Assembly: GCF_006345805.1 (NCBI RefSeq)
Contig: NC_042997.1
Coordinates: 5,828,001-5,892,000, forward strand
Origin: Octopus sinensis
Lineage: Eukaryota
Direction: 5' to 3'
DNA: 64,000 bases
Shown here: positions 1 to 12,600 of the stretch, one piece after another
Position numbering within the stretch: the first letter of the stretch is position 1
Layout: the number at the start of each line of letters is the position of its first letter
Notes under the pieces: generated by a model
What the model saw: the letters and a program-made list of their open reading frames with translations, nothing else
Databases searched by the model: none
What the model was told of the DNA's origin: nothing
Translations under genes and position numbers: made by a program

Positions 1-474
1 CACAGAGGGGACAAAATTCAAAGTAGAGTTTTTCTTTTAGTGTAGGAAATAAACAAATGGTTGGGTACAATTTTGATCAAAAGGGATCGTGAAAAAAAGG
101 GTTGGGAAAGGAAGTCGATCAATAGTTAGACGGATAGACGGATAGATAGATGGATAGTCAGACAGAACGACAGATAGGTAGAGGAAGAGAGAGACTAAGA
201 AGAGGTATACCCTTCCTATTCACCATTTATTTATTCATTTATTTATTTAGTCCTACGCTGGAATGGGTTTAAGGATGGTGACCCCTTAAAAAAGACCCCA
301 AAAAAGACAAGTGCAGTTTGGGCATCACTGAAAGTCATTATGCTTTCTTTCTCTCTTCCCAATTTTTCCTTTCTTTCTTTCTTTCTTTTTCTCCATGTTT
401 GTCCATGTGTGTGTGTGTGTATACCTATGTGCATGTGCTCGTCTAATACATACGCCGATGTGCATAAATGCACG

Positions 475-625
<151 letters not shown>

Positions 626-1869
626 CATATATATTTGTGTGTGTACTCTCTTTTTTAGCCTACCTCTCTATCAAAATTACTATATTAGAAATTGGCTAAT
701 TTATGCTCAATCATTTTTAATCTTTATATTTGTTTTTAGATTTTAGCTTTCTTAGTTTGTAATTTTAAGTTAAAGATTTAAGTTTTAATTTCCAATTTTC
801 GGTTTAATTCTTAATCCTTTATCTTATATAATTTAATTGCTATGAAGCTTGAAATACAATTTTAAGCATCTGCTTTAAACTATTATCCTTATAACCATAC
901 CTAGATTCGCCTTCTACCCTTACTCTACTGAAACTTTAACGTTTGACCTATAATCCCCAAACAATATTGACATATCATTACCTTTATTTTTGTTTATTTA
1001 ATTATTATCTTATTGTTTACCCAGCTACATTTTGATCATTACTTTCATTTATATCTTTATTATTTCTATTTTTATTTTATCCACATTTTCCCTTTTTATC
1101 TGTCTGCTTTTCTAATCCGTTCTCGTATCTATTTCATTATTTCTCCTATCTCTATCTCGCATACGCCCACTCACAAAACCCATTCATGTCCATCGTAGTT
1201 TCCAGCTCTGTAGGGTGACCCAAAAGTTGTTTAACAATTATTCAACAATCTCTTTCGCATTCATGTATTAATTGTTTAGCTTTGAATTATAAAAAAAAAT
1301 ATGAAACCATTATCTGATGCTAATTTAGGTAGGTGTACGATAAGAATTTAAATGTAATGAAATGGTTTAAAATAAATATAAAGTGCCTACGTGATAACTG
1401 TAAACCCCCTTTTTGGGCCACACTGTGCATGCACATTTCCAATATGAATGCATCATTCATAACATTGACAAAATATTGCCTGGATGTACCTAGGACTTTA
1501 ACTAAGACCTGCACCTTCATTTTTCTCTTTCCTATATTCTTGAATCTACTTTTATTCCTTATTCTTCCATTTTACTATTTTACTCTTCTTTTTATTCCTT
1601 ATAAACTGTAACTTTTATGCCTTCTAAACTGCAAATTTCCCCCGTCTAAAATGGTAATAGATTTTCTGTGATGACGGAATACCCAGTGCACGGACACACT
1701 ACCAAACCTCTTGGGTTATCCCAGAAAAGCTGTAAAATTTCATATTCACTTTATTCTAATTAAATTATTCAAATGACTTGAGATTCACGTTCTTCCTTAG
1801 TTTTGATTTTTCCTCGTGATCTCTTGAGCACCACCAGCAAAAATATTTTTTCCTCTGTCTTCCCTTCTT

Positions 1870-2030
1870 GGGATCTTTACTTCTCCTTGTTTCCGACGAA
1901 GTTCTCCGCTCGAAACGTTAAACCCTCCTTCCCTTCTTTCCTGAGGGTCAATAATACTTTAATTGTTCCACGTCCTCGCGTTGCTGTGTTATTTTCTCTT
2001 TTTTTTCTGTGTTTTCTTGTTTGGATTAAC
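1870..2030 (+). mobile_element. Short Penelope-type (pLTR-like) element end carrying a degenerate minimal hammerhead, abutting (TA)n
   Basis: GTTT-CCGACGA-A-GTTC-TCC-GCTC-GAAAC-GTT-AAAC at 1889-1923, then a pyrimidine-rich tail running into TATATA at about 2031. Same architecture as 31085-31260. Confidence 0.55.
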
Positions 2031-2105
2031 TTTATATATATATATATAATATATATATATGGTTATAAAATCTCAAGAAGAGATAAAGTAGTAATGTATG
2101 TTAGG

Positions 2106-2233
2106 TAGTAAAACGAGTCGCTACAGCAGAGTGGCTGCTGAATATTACTACTAGTTTAACTCCGGAGAAGCTGCCTGGGGTTAAACTAGTAGTAACATTC
2201 AGATGCCACTTTTGTGTGGCAACTCTCTTTACT
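2106..2233. mobile_element. Palindromic MITE-like element (about 60-bp imperfect arms)
   Basis: tgaatattactactagtttaactcc pairs with ggggttaaactagtagtaacattca. The outer arms tagtaaaacgagtcgctac and gtggcaactctctttacta also pair. TA at both ends. Confidence 0.75.
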
Positions 2234-2261
2234 ATATATATATATATATATATAATTACTA

Positions 2262-2573
2262 TCTTTACTCTTTTACTTGTTTCAGTCATCTGACTGTGGC
2301 CATGCTGGAGCACCACCTTTAGTCGAGCAAATCGACCCCAGAACATATTCTTTGTAAGCCTACAAACACATACATACACGTAAGCATACACATACATGTG
2401 TATACATATATACGACAGGCTTCTTTCAGTTTCACTCTACCAAATCCATTCACAAGGCCTTGGTCGGCCCGAGTTTATATTAGAAGACACTTGTCCAAGG
2501 TGTCATACAGTGGGACTGAACCAGGAACCACGTGCTTTGTAAGCAAGCTACTTACCACATAGCCACTCCTACG

Positions 2574-2575
<2 letters not shown>
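2262..2575 (-). mobile_element. tRNA-derived SINE, family A (internally deleted)
   Basis: Minus-strand head GGCGTAGGAGTGGCTATGTGGTAAGTAGC, B-box-like GGTTCAGTCCC, core GGATTTGGTAGAGTGAAACTGAAAGAAGCC and (AAAGAGT)n tail. Homologous to 6744-7146 and 54249-54623. Confidence 0.9.
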
Positions 2576-2611
<36 letters not shown>

Positions 2612-3644
2612 CACATACACTGGAATTGAATATGAAACTGAAGGTAGTAGGCGTATTGTTGAAATAATGATTGGTGATCTACTAAGAGGATTGCATTTTA
2701 AACGGATTCCAAATAAAGCAAATTTAGCGCAAAGATGAAAATTATCAGTGGAAATTTCAAAGCTATTGCAGTAACATCTTAACTTCGCATGATACAGGCT
2801 ATGGTTAGAACCGATGAAGGCAACGTTAAGAAATTTTACTTCTCGCATAATAAAGACGTCAAAGACGAATACGAAATTAATTTTGTGCTTAAATATTCAA
2901 ATGGTAAGTTTAACTTTGATGATGCTGAGAAGCCGAAGGCAAAATTAAAAGAAATCGCTTATAGATGCAAATTGTTTACGAAACACATAGCTCTATGGAA
3001 CGCATAAGCAGATTAGACAGAAACTTTGTCTTACAGAAAAAAAAGCTGCATTCCGTACTGTCCTTTCCGTTCTGTGTTCATATAACTTCGATGTTATCTT
3101 TTTTGCTTCATCTCACCTCGAAACAAAATAATTCATTAGACAAGAAGGCGACGCGTGTATAATAGAAGTAGTTAAGGAAAGCAATGAAGGCCAGGAAACA
3201 GAGTAAAAATGTACACATGTGCTAAAAGACCATACGCAAAGACGAGAATAAAAATTATAAATTATTCTCTATACAATACGTCAAAATGCATTAAAAAAAA
3301 ATATTCAGCTTCCTTTTTTGCATAAGCAGATGCCACTTAATAACGTCAGAAATAAAAGTCTGCGTTTTTTCTGGCTTTATTAACTAACTGTATTTTCATC
3401 TGTATTTCTATCGATTTTTACGTGAATGTTCCCCCGAAAGATAATGTGGACAATTTCAAAATAAGTTTTGTCAATATATTGAATCACAGACCTAACACAC
3501 CCGAATACTGCAGTTTGCAATATTCGAACCTGCACAAAACGAATATAAGAATGTAAGTAAAATCACCTCTTCCCCTGTGATTTAGAACATTATTCAGAAA
3601 CATAGTCTTACAACATTAGAATACCTTTACACACACACACACAG

Positions 3645-3676
<32 letters not shown>

Positions 3677-3719
3677 GAGTGCTGGCTGTCCCTAGTAAAT
3701 GGTTACGATGTGGTAATCC

Positions 3720-4735
3720 GCACTTGCTTTCGCTGATTATTTGCGAGGTGTGTATGTCCTCGCAAGCATGTATCAACAGTCTTTTTGTTCTCCCATAGTG
3801 GATTGGCACTATTGATAAACCGAAGGAAATATTTGCGCATTCCTATCCTGCATAAGCAGTGGTTAGGTGAGGTTCAGCTTTGTGATCCTGACACCAAACA
3901 TGGGCGTTTCGAACGCGGGGTGATGTTCTGCGTCTTGTGGAATTACGAGTTGTTAACTACGAGTACTTTCTGAACAGTTGATTCATCGACGCCAGTCTGT
4001 ACTGCGAACAACCGGAGCTGATGTATGTTATTTTACTTCAAAAATTCGCTTGATTGGTTAACAGAAATCGAGCTCTTGTGGAAGAAGAAAATGCAAGACT
4101 TCATACCGCTCGCACGACCCAGAATAAACTCCAGGAACCGGCGGAAATTAAACTGATGTCTCAGGCCTATAGACCAGACCTAGATTCCTCACATTTTTAC
4201 TTCTTATACTCCAAGGCTCACCCCCTGCGCTCACGATCCTGCAGCCAATATGAAGTGGAAACTTCAGCTAAATAGATCATCGTCATCGCTTTTCTTAGTG
4301 TTAAAAAAACTTCCATGTGTCAAACAACGATGTTTTCACAAAACATCCTACATAAAATGTCAATTGTGTCCGTGAAATTTACGTCAGAAACATTTTTAGG
4401 CAGTATAAAGTTACAGTATTTCTCATGCTCTATCGTCACAAGTTTCCTCAGAATTAGACACATATCCATTCCATCCGCATAATCTTGGTATTCTTTTTCG
4501 AAAATTTGTTCAAATTTTAGGTAATATGCATCGGAAGTGACTCCTTCTTCCGTGTCATATTTAAATTCCCTTATGAATTTCCTAGATGGTCTGGCGAAAA
4601 CGTATTTTCCGGTTGTGTTACAAATTGCATTATTTGCGGCATTTGTGACTGTAACATTTGTTGTATTTCTTGTTCTTTGAGTTGTTGTTTCTGCTTTTGC
4701 AACTCATCAAGATAGATCCTTAAACAAGTTTCCAT
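3720..4735 (-). mobile_element. Ty3/gypsy (Mag-like) gag/protease remnant, pseudogenised
   Basis: Minus-strand translation METCLRIYLDELQKQKQQ...GNS/IREFKYDTEEGVTSDAYYLKFEQIFEKEYQDYADGMDMCLILRKLVTIEHEKYCNFILPKNVSDVNFTDTIDILCRMF, across a frameshift near 4575. Resembles the N-terminal gag domain of K02A2.6-like gypsy elements. Stops and frameshifts downstream. Confidence 0.7.
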
Positions 4736-4749
4736 AACTTTCGGGATTT

Positions 4750-5430
4750 TTCGGAAACATATACACAACAACCTTTTCTGTTTTCATCGATTTTACAGAG
4801 TTTCCCTTCGCTTTTTCTTTGTTCCTGAAATATACCTCAGCAGTACCGTATTGGCCTCCTCTGACGAGATATGCTAAGTCTTGCCAGATGGACCTCAATG
4901 CCTTTTCAGTTTCGTCTGTCGGTTCATTTACCAATTGTTTCTCCTTCATATAATAGACTTTATGCACAATTCTTTTTTTCTACAATTTTTTATAGTATTT
5001 CTTGTGGTAGTGACAATTTCACGTCATCACCTTCCTTTTTTAACATTTTTCAAAGTATTTTAAAGTTTTTGAGTCTTACCTAATTCTTTGGCACCTCTGT
5101 CACCTACGCAAAACTTCTCTCCTTTATAACACTGTCCATCTTCTTCACAGCTTCCACAAGCTCTTCTTCAGAGGACGACAGTTCTTAATACTTCACATCT
5201 GATTCACTTACATCTGAATAACACTCAGCCATCTCTCCTCTAACGAGAAGAGAAAGCACAAACAAACAACCGTAGACACACAAACGACTGCAAAGCAGCA
5301 CAAAATATTCAAACACTCCGAAAATTACCAATACAGAAGGACGACTCCAAGTAGCAACAGTTTTCGAATACACTGATTCCAACTGAGAACTCGTACAACG
5401 ACTGTATCACTATTGACTTTCTGAATGTAT
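4750..5430 (-). mobile_element. Probable non-LTR retrotransposon 5' UTR plus ORF1 N-terminus (RRM-like), pseudogenised
   Basis: MAECYSDVSESD...EKALRSIWQDLAYLVRGGQYGTAEVYFRNKEKAKGNSVKSMKTEKVV with several in-frame stops and one frameshift. Preceded by about 170 nt of UTR-like sequence. Family not identified. Confidence 0.4.
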
Positions 5431-6743
5431 AGTAGCTGTCATACCACTTTGTCACGTGGGAAGGGGAGTATCATTTGCACTACAATTTATATTTTCTGTA
5501 ACTTCTATATCCGATTTAGATTATAAGTCTTCATTAGTACTTGATAAGTTACATTGAATAGAGGTGGTATAAAAAGAAACGTCTTAAGCTACTGGCATTT
5601 CTTTTCAATGTTATACTAATCTAAAGGCGAAGACCATTTTCTAGATATGTATGTTTTATAGAAGTTTGTCAACAATGTGCAATTAGGAAGATAGAATTAA
5701 TATTCCTTATTTTAGTTTATAGATAAGTTGGCATGCGTTAACTCATCTACACATATCTATTTCACTATTTCTATCATAAACATTCTAACAAGAATTCAAT
5801 TTTTGCAACTTTTATGTGAGAAATCTTCTGTGGGGTTATGTACAGATAAACGATTGAGTGACGAACACCTGAGCTGTGTACACATCACACACGTCAATAT
5901 CTTTGTATACATCTATAGTTGAAATCTCTAAATATTTTTATACCTATATATGAATTACATAAGTTATATTTAAAGATGTATTAAAAATATATATGTGTGA
6001 TTTACACTAAAAATATCCAACACTAAATATAAATAAAAATGTCAGGCGATATATTGTATTATATTGTATCATATTTTGTTGAGTGTTAGAAAAAATGCCG
6101 TTATTTATTCTTATTCGTCTATACAATACCTAATTCACAGTTACATTCTTTTGAATATTGAGATAATGTGTTCGTTTTAATATATTCATAATTATCCATT
6201 TTTTCATATGTTATAACTTCAAATTCTTCCTTTAACAATGCAAGTATTTTCAGACTTTCACACGTAAGCCGTTCTCTGATACGTATATAAAATTTTTATT
6301 GAATTAACCCAGTTAACGATATATAAGTGAAAATCTGTTGGTGAAATAAAATAGAAATTGAACAAAACTATGTAAAATACATAAAACGGAAATGGCATTA
6401 TATATAATGGAATTAATAATATTTATTACTTTTTTTACTTATAGGTCTATTGATCTCATATATTCTACAGTTAATACGGTTTTACTTCGCTGGGATTTCT
6501 AGTAAGGTGATATTCTCTACGTTACGTACATCATTTAGATATACGGCGAAGTCATGATATTATTTTTGCCACAACGTTCTTCTTTCATTATTTTTATTTT
6601 AATTTCATTCCTTAGGCAGCTGGAGAACTGCACGATAAAATACCACTTGAGTGTTTGTTATCAGTAGTTTGTTATGCCCATCAAAAAAAGAATTCGACCC
6701 CACTAGACCCAAATATTAACCTTTAAGATTAACATCTAAAATA

Positions 6744-7146
6744 GGCGCAGGAGTGGCTGTGTGGTAAGTAGCTTGCTAACCAACCACATGGTTCTGTGTG
6801 GCATCTTGGCAAGTGTCTTCTGCTATAGCCCCGGACCGACCAAAGCCTTGTGAGTGGATTTGATAGACGGAAACTGAAAGAAGCCTGTCGTATATATGTA
6901 TATATATATATATATGTGTATGTGTGCATTTGTGTGTCTGTGTTTGTTCCCCTAGCATTGCTTGACAACCGATGCTGGTGTGTTTACGTCCCTGTCACTT
7001 AGCGGTTCGGCAAAAGAGACCGATATAATAAGTACTGGGCTTACAAAGAATAAGTCCCGGGGTCGATTTGCTCAACTAAAGGCGGTGTTCCAGCATGGCC
7101 GCAGTCAAATGACTGAAACAATTAAAAGAGTAAAAGAGTAAGAGTA
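6744..7146 (+). mobile_element. tRNA-derived SINE, family A, near full length
   Basis: GGCGCAGGAGTGGCTGTGTGGTAAG head, core AGCCTTGTGAGTGGATTTGATAGACGGAAACTGAAAGAAGCC, internal (TA)/(TG) tract and tail GACTGAAACAATTAAAAGAGTAAAAGAGTAAGAGTA. The B box is deleted relative to the 54249 copy. Confidence 0.93.
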
Positions 7147-8397
7147 CACACGAAGGGGTCAAAAGAATCTGCGAGAGGGTTTCATGTAAATGAAACGTTG
7201 TTATGAATACGAAAAAGAACGAGGAGAATCAAGAACTAGTTGCCTGCATGATCTTCGATATTTTTAAATAGCATACGAACACACATAGAAATGTTATGGA
7301 AACGATAATAAAATAAAGAAGTTCTATTATTTCATATAGAAAATAAATCCCATTAAGCAATACATACAGACAACTTTGCTATAACACAAATTTCAAAATC
7401 ATATCAAATAGCATCTTTAATAATTGAGCGGCTACTAGAATATTCTATTTGATAATTTCGGGCAAGAAGACAAAGTTTCAAAGTATACGAAAATAAAATA
7501 AATTTAAGACAAATATTTCTTGAAGTAGCCGCAAACAAAATGTGTTTCACTACACCACATTAGGAATCCCTGTCCTTTGTTATACCTGAAATGTTTCCTA
7601 TCGCATGTTGTGTAGTAAAATTGTAGTGTATTACACAATTATTTCTGAAATATTACACTAATATCCTATATTGTAATATGATATAAAATAACATAATGTT
7701 ATATATATATAATTTATTTATGTGATACAGTTTACTGTTCTTTGTAGTTAACCTAACTTAGAGAATTCGTATTAAATTGCACATTAAATTTGATTATATA
7801 TTCTCAACATAGAAACAAATCAATGACTGTTTTATGCATCCTTCATTTGAAGAATTCATCATCCATGTAGTGTAATCGCCATATATTATAAAGTTATTTC
7901 TCATTCTCGGAGGACCATCTAGCATGAACTATAAACCACTCGAGACCTCAGTTCTAACAATTTGCATTCAATCAATTGCTATGCGGAACGTATGGTTTAT
8001 TCATTAATCTTACTATGATACATCATTTTGTTACGAACAATCTTCACCATTACAAGATATCGAAATAATTGTGAAATACTGCCCGTCCAGAAATGAAGTA
8101 TGTATCAAAGAGCTTATGTATAATAAATCATATGAGGTGTCTCTATATCTGTATGACTCTTGCGTTTAACAAAATCATAAGTTGAATTAAATGAATGAAC
8201 GTTAACCTGTGCGGTGCACGCCTGTTCCTTATTTGTCAAGAGGGCAGTGGATTTCACGATATAATATCCTCTAAAAGAATCATTTCTAAAAAAGAAAAGA
8301 GGAACGTAATGTAAAAGTGTTATAGCAATAATGCTATATTTGTTGGTACAACTAAATTAGTACAAATATATACACATTACCAAAAACAATTTTTGCT

Positions 8398-8460
8398 TGC
8401 AGTTTCCAGTTGAGACCATCGTTTTCGCATTGTAGTTTCCAATTGAGACCATCATTTCCG
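8398..8460. repeat. 33-bp tandem duplication
   Basis: tgcagtttccagttgagaccatcgttttcgcat followed by tgtagtttccaattgagaccatcatttccg. Confidence 0.85.
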
Positions 8461-9428
8461 TTATTGGATAAAGTTTCTTTGGCACAGAGAGAGTTTTGAG
8501 TGTGAACTTCAAAATTATTCCTGTAGCAGATTCCATAAATATTACTGTTTGCTTTTATCTTCACTTAACTTTTATCCATTATTTGCGACAGAATATTACT
8601 TCGAAATAATTTGTAAAATCCTTTGTAAAGTTAATTCGAATGACAAGCACTAAAATATCGTCAGCATTTCTTCAGTCGAAGGAGTAAGAATGCATTTACA
8701 ACAATCAAATAGAATATATGCTGAATTCCCCACAACATATAAAAGAACATATCTGTACCATTTCAGAAACCCATTATTAGTCTACAGATGAGTTCAAACA
8801 TACATGCAATCATAACTTAGGACTTTATTTCAAAATGTAAAGCGAATACAATTGCGGTTGTTGACGAGTAAAGATATTATTTATTTAAGAGGATGGGTCA
8901 TAAAACAGACAGCATAATAATTCAAATTTTCTTCCCTAAGAATTTGAGAAGATCCCTGCACATTCTGACTGTTACTAATTAATATTTTTTATGAATGAAA
9001 GCATGACAATATGGACAAAACATATTTTTTAACCGAAATGACATCGCCTGTATGAAACCGCCAATTCATACATCGCCTGTATTAAACGGATAATGCCGCC
9101 GAATTGTCACGATGAAGCAACTTGCAGAAATATGTTACATCTCTCTCTCTTTCCCCATTCTCTCTCTCTCCCTCTCTCTATGATCTATGAACTGTAGTCA
9201 AATCTACAGTTTGTAGTACAAAAGCTGAACACAAACACAAGGTTACTACATCAGTGACCAACGAATTTAACATTACCTAATATTCTATGTCATCGACTTA
9301 CACAACAGAAACGAAAGATTATCCAATGAGGAAAATACGTATAAACCATGTGGAAAAATGGGAGATTTAGTGGATGTATCCACGGTTGCAATCCGAAATT
9401 ATGAACTCAAACTTTTGGTCGGCATAAC

Positions 9429-9429
<1 letters not shown>

Positions 9430-9478
<49 letters not shown>

Positions 9479-9505
9479 ATATATTATATATATATAATAT
9501 ATATA

Positions 9506-9550
<45 letters not shown>

Positions 9551-9561
9551 CACATATATAT

Positions 9562-9622
<61 letters not shown>

Positions 9623-9632
9623 TATATATATA
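9430..9632. repeat. Imperfect (TA)n microsatellite
   Basis: Direct reading. Confidence 0.97.
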
Positions 9633-12600
9633 TGAACCGAATAAACAAAAAGTGATAGTGAATTCCTTCACTCTTTAATATTTATATCTAGGAGCGATGG
9701 ACAAATATTACATTTTAGCAGATAAGCTACATTCTAATTAGATACATTTCATGCGGTGGACTTTCATTAACTGAAACGTTGTCAGAATTATTGGGATTCC
9801 CCTATCAGAAATTATATCACTACAATTAAACAATTGTAGCTCTACGAATACTGTAAGAAAAGGAAAATGCCTATTAAACATTAAAATTGGGACTAAACTT
9901 AAGAGTTGTTGTATTCGATTATGACATGGAGTTAGAGCTATTCGGAATGAATTGGTTTAAAGAAGTTAATGCCACTGTTGTTAAAGTTCAATAATGTTAT
10001 TGCATCTATCTATGCGCTAAGTATTCCAAAATATCTCCAGATACTTGGGTAAGAAAGGAATAATTAGAAAATGAGCAGGAGACGGTATATTAGAACCATC
10101 CTATTACAGCATCTGATCTTCATCTATTACCGCTTCATTGAAACCAAACTGTAAGATTCAAATCTAATGACCGTATTGAAATAAATCAAAACAAAACTAA
10201 CGTAGAATGTCACTATCTAATACCTGGACGTGATGGATTACGTCACAAGCTGAAACGTTGAGAAACGCTTCGCAGTTAATTTTAAAATGTACATCTTTAC
10301 CAGTCAAACTGTCAGAAGAACCACAAATTTACGCGTGATAAACACGCTATATGGTCATTAAAATTTTAAACGTATCCCATTCACGATTCTAATATATGTC
10401 ATAGATTCTGCGTCTTCTTGGTGAAATAGTGAGAAAAAATATTCTTGGATAAATGAATAATGTCATCGCCATCTGAACGACCTGTGGAAACAATGTGAAT
10501 AATTTTGAATAAATATTTAAACGGTTACAAAACTATGACTTATATACCATAAAGAACAATACCATTTCTCTTTGGAGAACTGGAATATCTTGCATCAACG
10601 CAAACTGGAAAATATCAACCGGAAAAATACCAATCTTATCAGAAATTACTAATCATAAGTTGCGAATACGTTTTCCGGATCTGCTTGAGAAGTCAGATAT
10701 TAGCTCATATTCATGAAATACAAATAAAATCTTACGGCACATTTCTACGAGTTAACGAAAACTAACTACCATTACATTGTCAGAGGATTGTTAATGAATT
10801 GAAGTGAAATAAATTAAATACGCAGAGATTGTAATGCACAATGTACCACAAACTTTCGTTGCAGATGTGTTTCTTGTCGGTGTGGAAGCATTTCTATTCC
10901 AATGTGTAATTTCAGTTCAACTTCCATTCACTCACGCATGAAAACATTGAACCAACAGCAATATTTGCAAATAAATAAAGTAGGACTAGATATGCCATCA
11001 TTTTCAGTCTACGTGAATAGAACAAATTCATACATGGACGACATTTTCAATTAAACGCCTATCACAAGCCAGCAATCCACATACACCCACTGGATAAAAA
11101 TATATCTGTACTTCCATCGTAAATACTGTAACGTCGGAAAATGTCATTGACATCCTTTAAATATACAATACCGTCGAAAGCTTCGTATTAATACAAAACT
11201 CTAATACCTTATCAAGGCAACCGATCAGACCTGATTACTATTTTGACTAAAGTCATAAAAAGAATAAATGTATTAAATCATTGATCAAATTTTGGTTCAA
11301 TGCCAGTTATTTTTTTTTAAAATCGAATCAGCTATAAAATCTGATAATGATATTATTTGAGTTTTTAAATAAATGTCGATAATGGGTGGCTGGAGAAAAC
11401 TGAAAGTTGAAGATGAAAATATTAAAAAAAAATCTCTAGAATAACGGGACGTAATTGAGTATCAGGAAAAGAAATATTTATTTTGCTGTCAAATTGTTCT
11501 ACAGCAAGCATTCCGAAAATATTACAACTTAAAATCTTGACTACTTACACGAAGGTCATTGTGGCATGAAATGAATAGTAGATAATGCTACTGTCCACAA
11601 TGCAATCTGACATAATTACTTCACAAGTGCAATGAATGAAAATCCACTTACCAGCAATATTTTACGATATGATATAATTTAATACAATTGTTACCCTTTT
11701 GAAATGTTCATGTCTCATGAACAACATCAACAAGGGCATATGAGATATCGACAATAAACTTGAAATTTGCACCACTATTGGAGCCAAATATGAATTCAGT
11801 CGTCGACATCTTTTTCAACCTATTTTTAAACATTGACACACAAATGTCACACTAAGATTTCGAAAAGCTTTCCATGAAAGTTGTGCACTGCTTTACAGAT
11901 GAATTATATATCGTTTTCTTTGCGACATTTCCCCGAATCATTACAATTTCTTTTTCGTTCAATCAATTCCGGCGATCCACTAATTTGCTACAAAACCCGT
12001 TTTGAGATTATTATGTGGTCATTTTAAAGATTGCGTTGTTTCTAACTAATATTATGATATGCCATATTTATCGTAAACAGATATGCGCAGCTTGGCTCAC
12101 TCGCATAACGATAAGGTTCGTCAGGTCTTTACAACCTAAATTATAAGGGGTACGCCAACATCTGTTTACCTCTGTTCCCAGTATGACTATAAACTAGAAG
12201 GACAGTGGCATTTCTACAGCTGCGCATCACATGGAAATGCAATTTAAGATTTTGTACAAATTACGAGTGGCTTTCATATCATGTTCATGTATAGTAGGTT
12301 GTTTAAGCAGTAATATATATTCCTTTGAAGGAAACCGTGTATTTTTTTCCTGACAGAATATTAGTAACCTCTAACGCTTAGATATTATCAGCAGCAATCG
12401 ATTAGGTTGTTTATATCTTGATGCTATTTTGGTTCGAGTTTCTGTGAGAATTGATTGTAGTTTACATCAAATAAAGATGTTAGCTTTGATAGAACAACAT
12501 ACAATAAAACGATTAGAGAATTGCTGTATATCCAAATACGAACCCCTGTTGTCGTAAACGAATACTTAAATATTAATCTTTCGTATTATTAACGGCTTGG

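Noticed and set aside
11600-12300. Possible CR1/L2 remnant (GVP and LEK..RR-like traces); similar traces at 15130-15700
   Set aside because: The motifs are too degraded to support a call.
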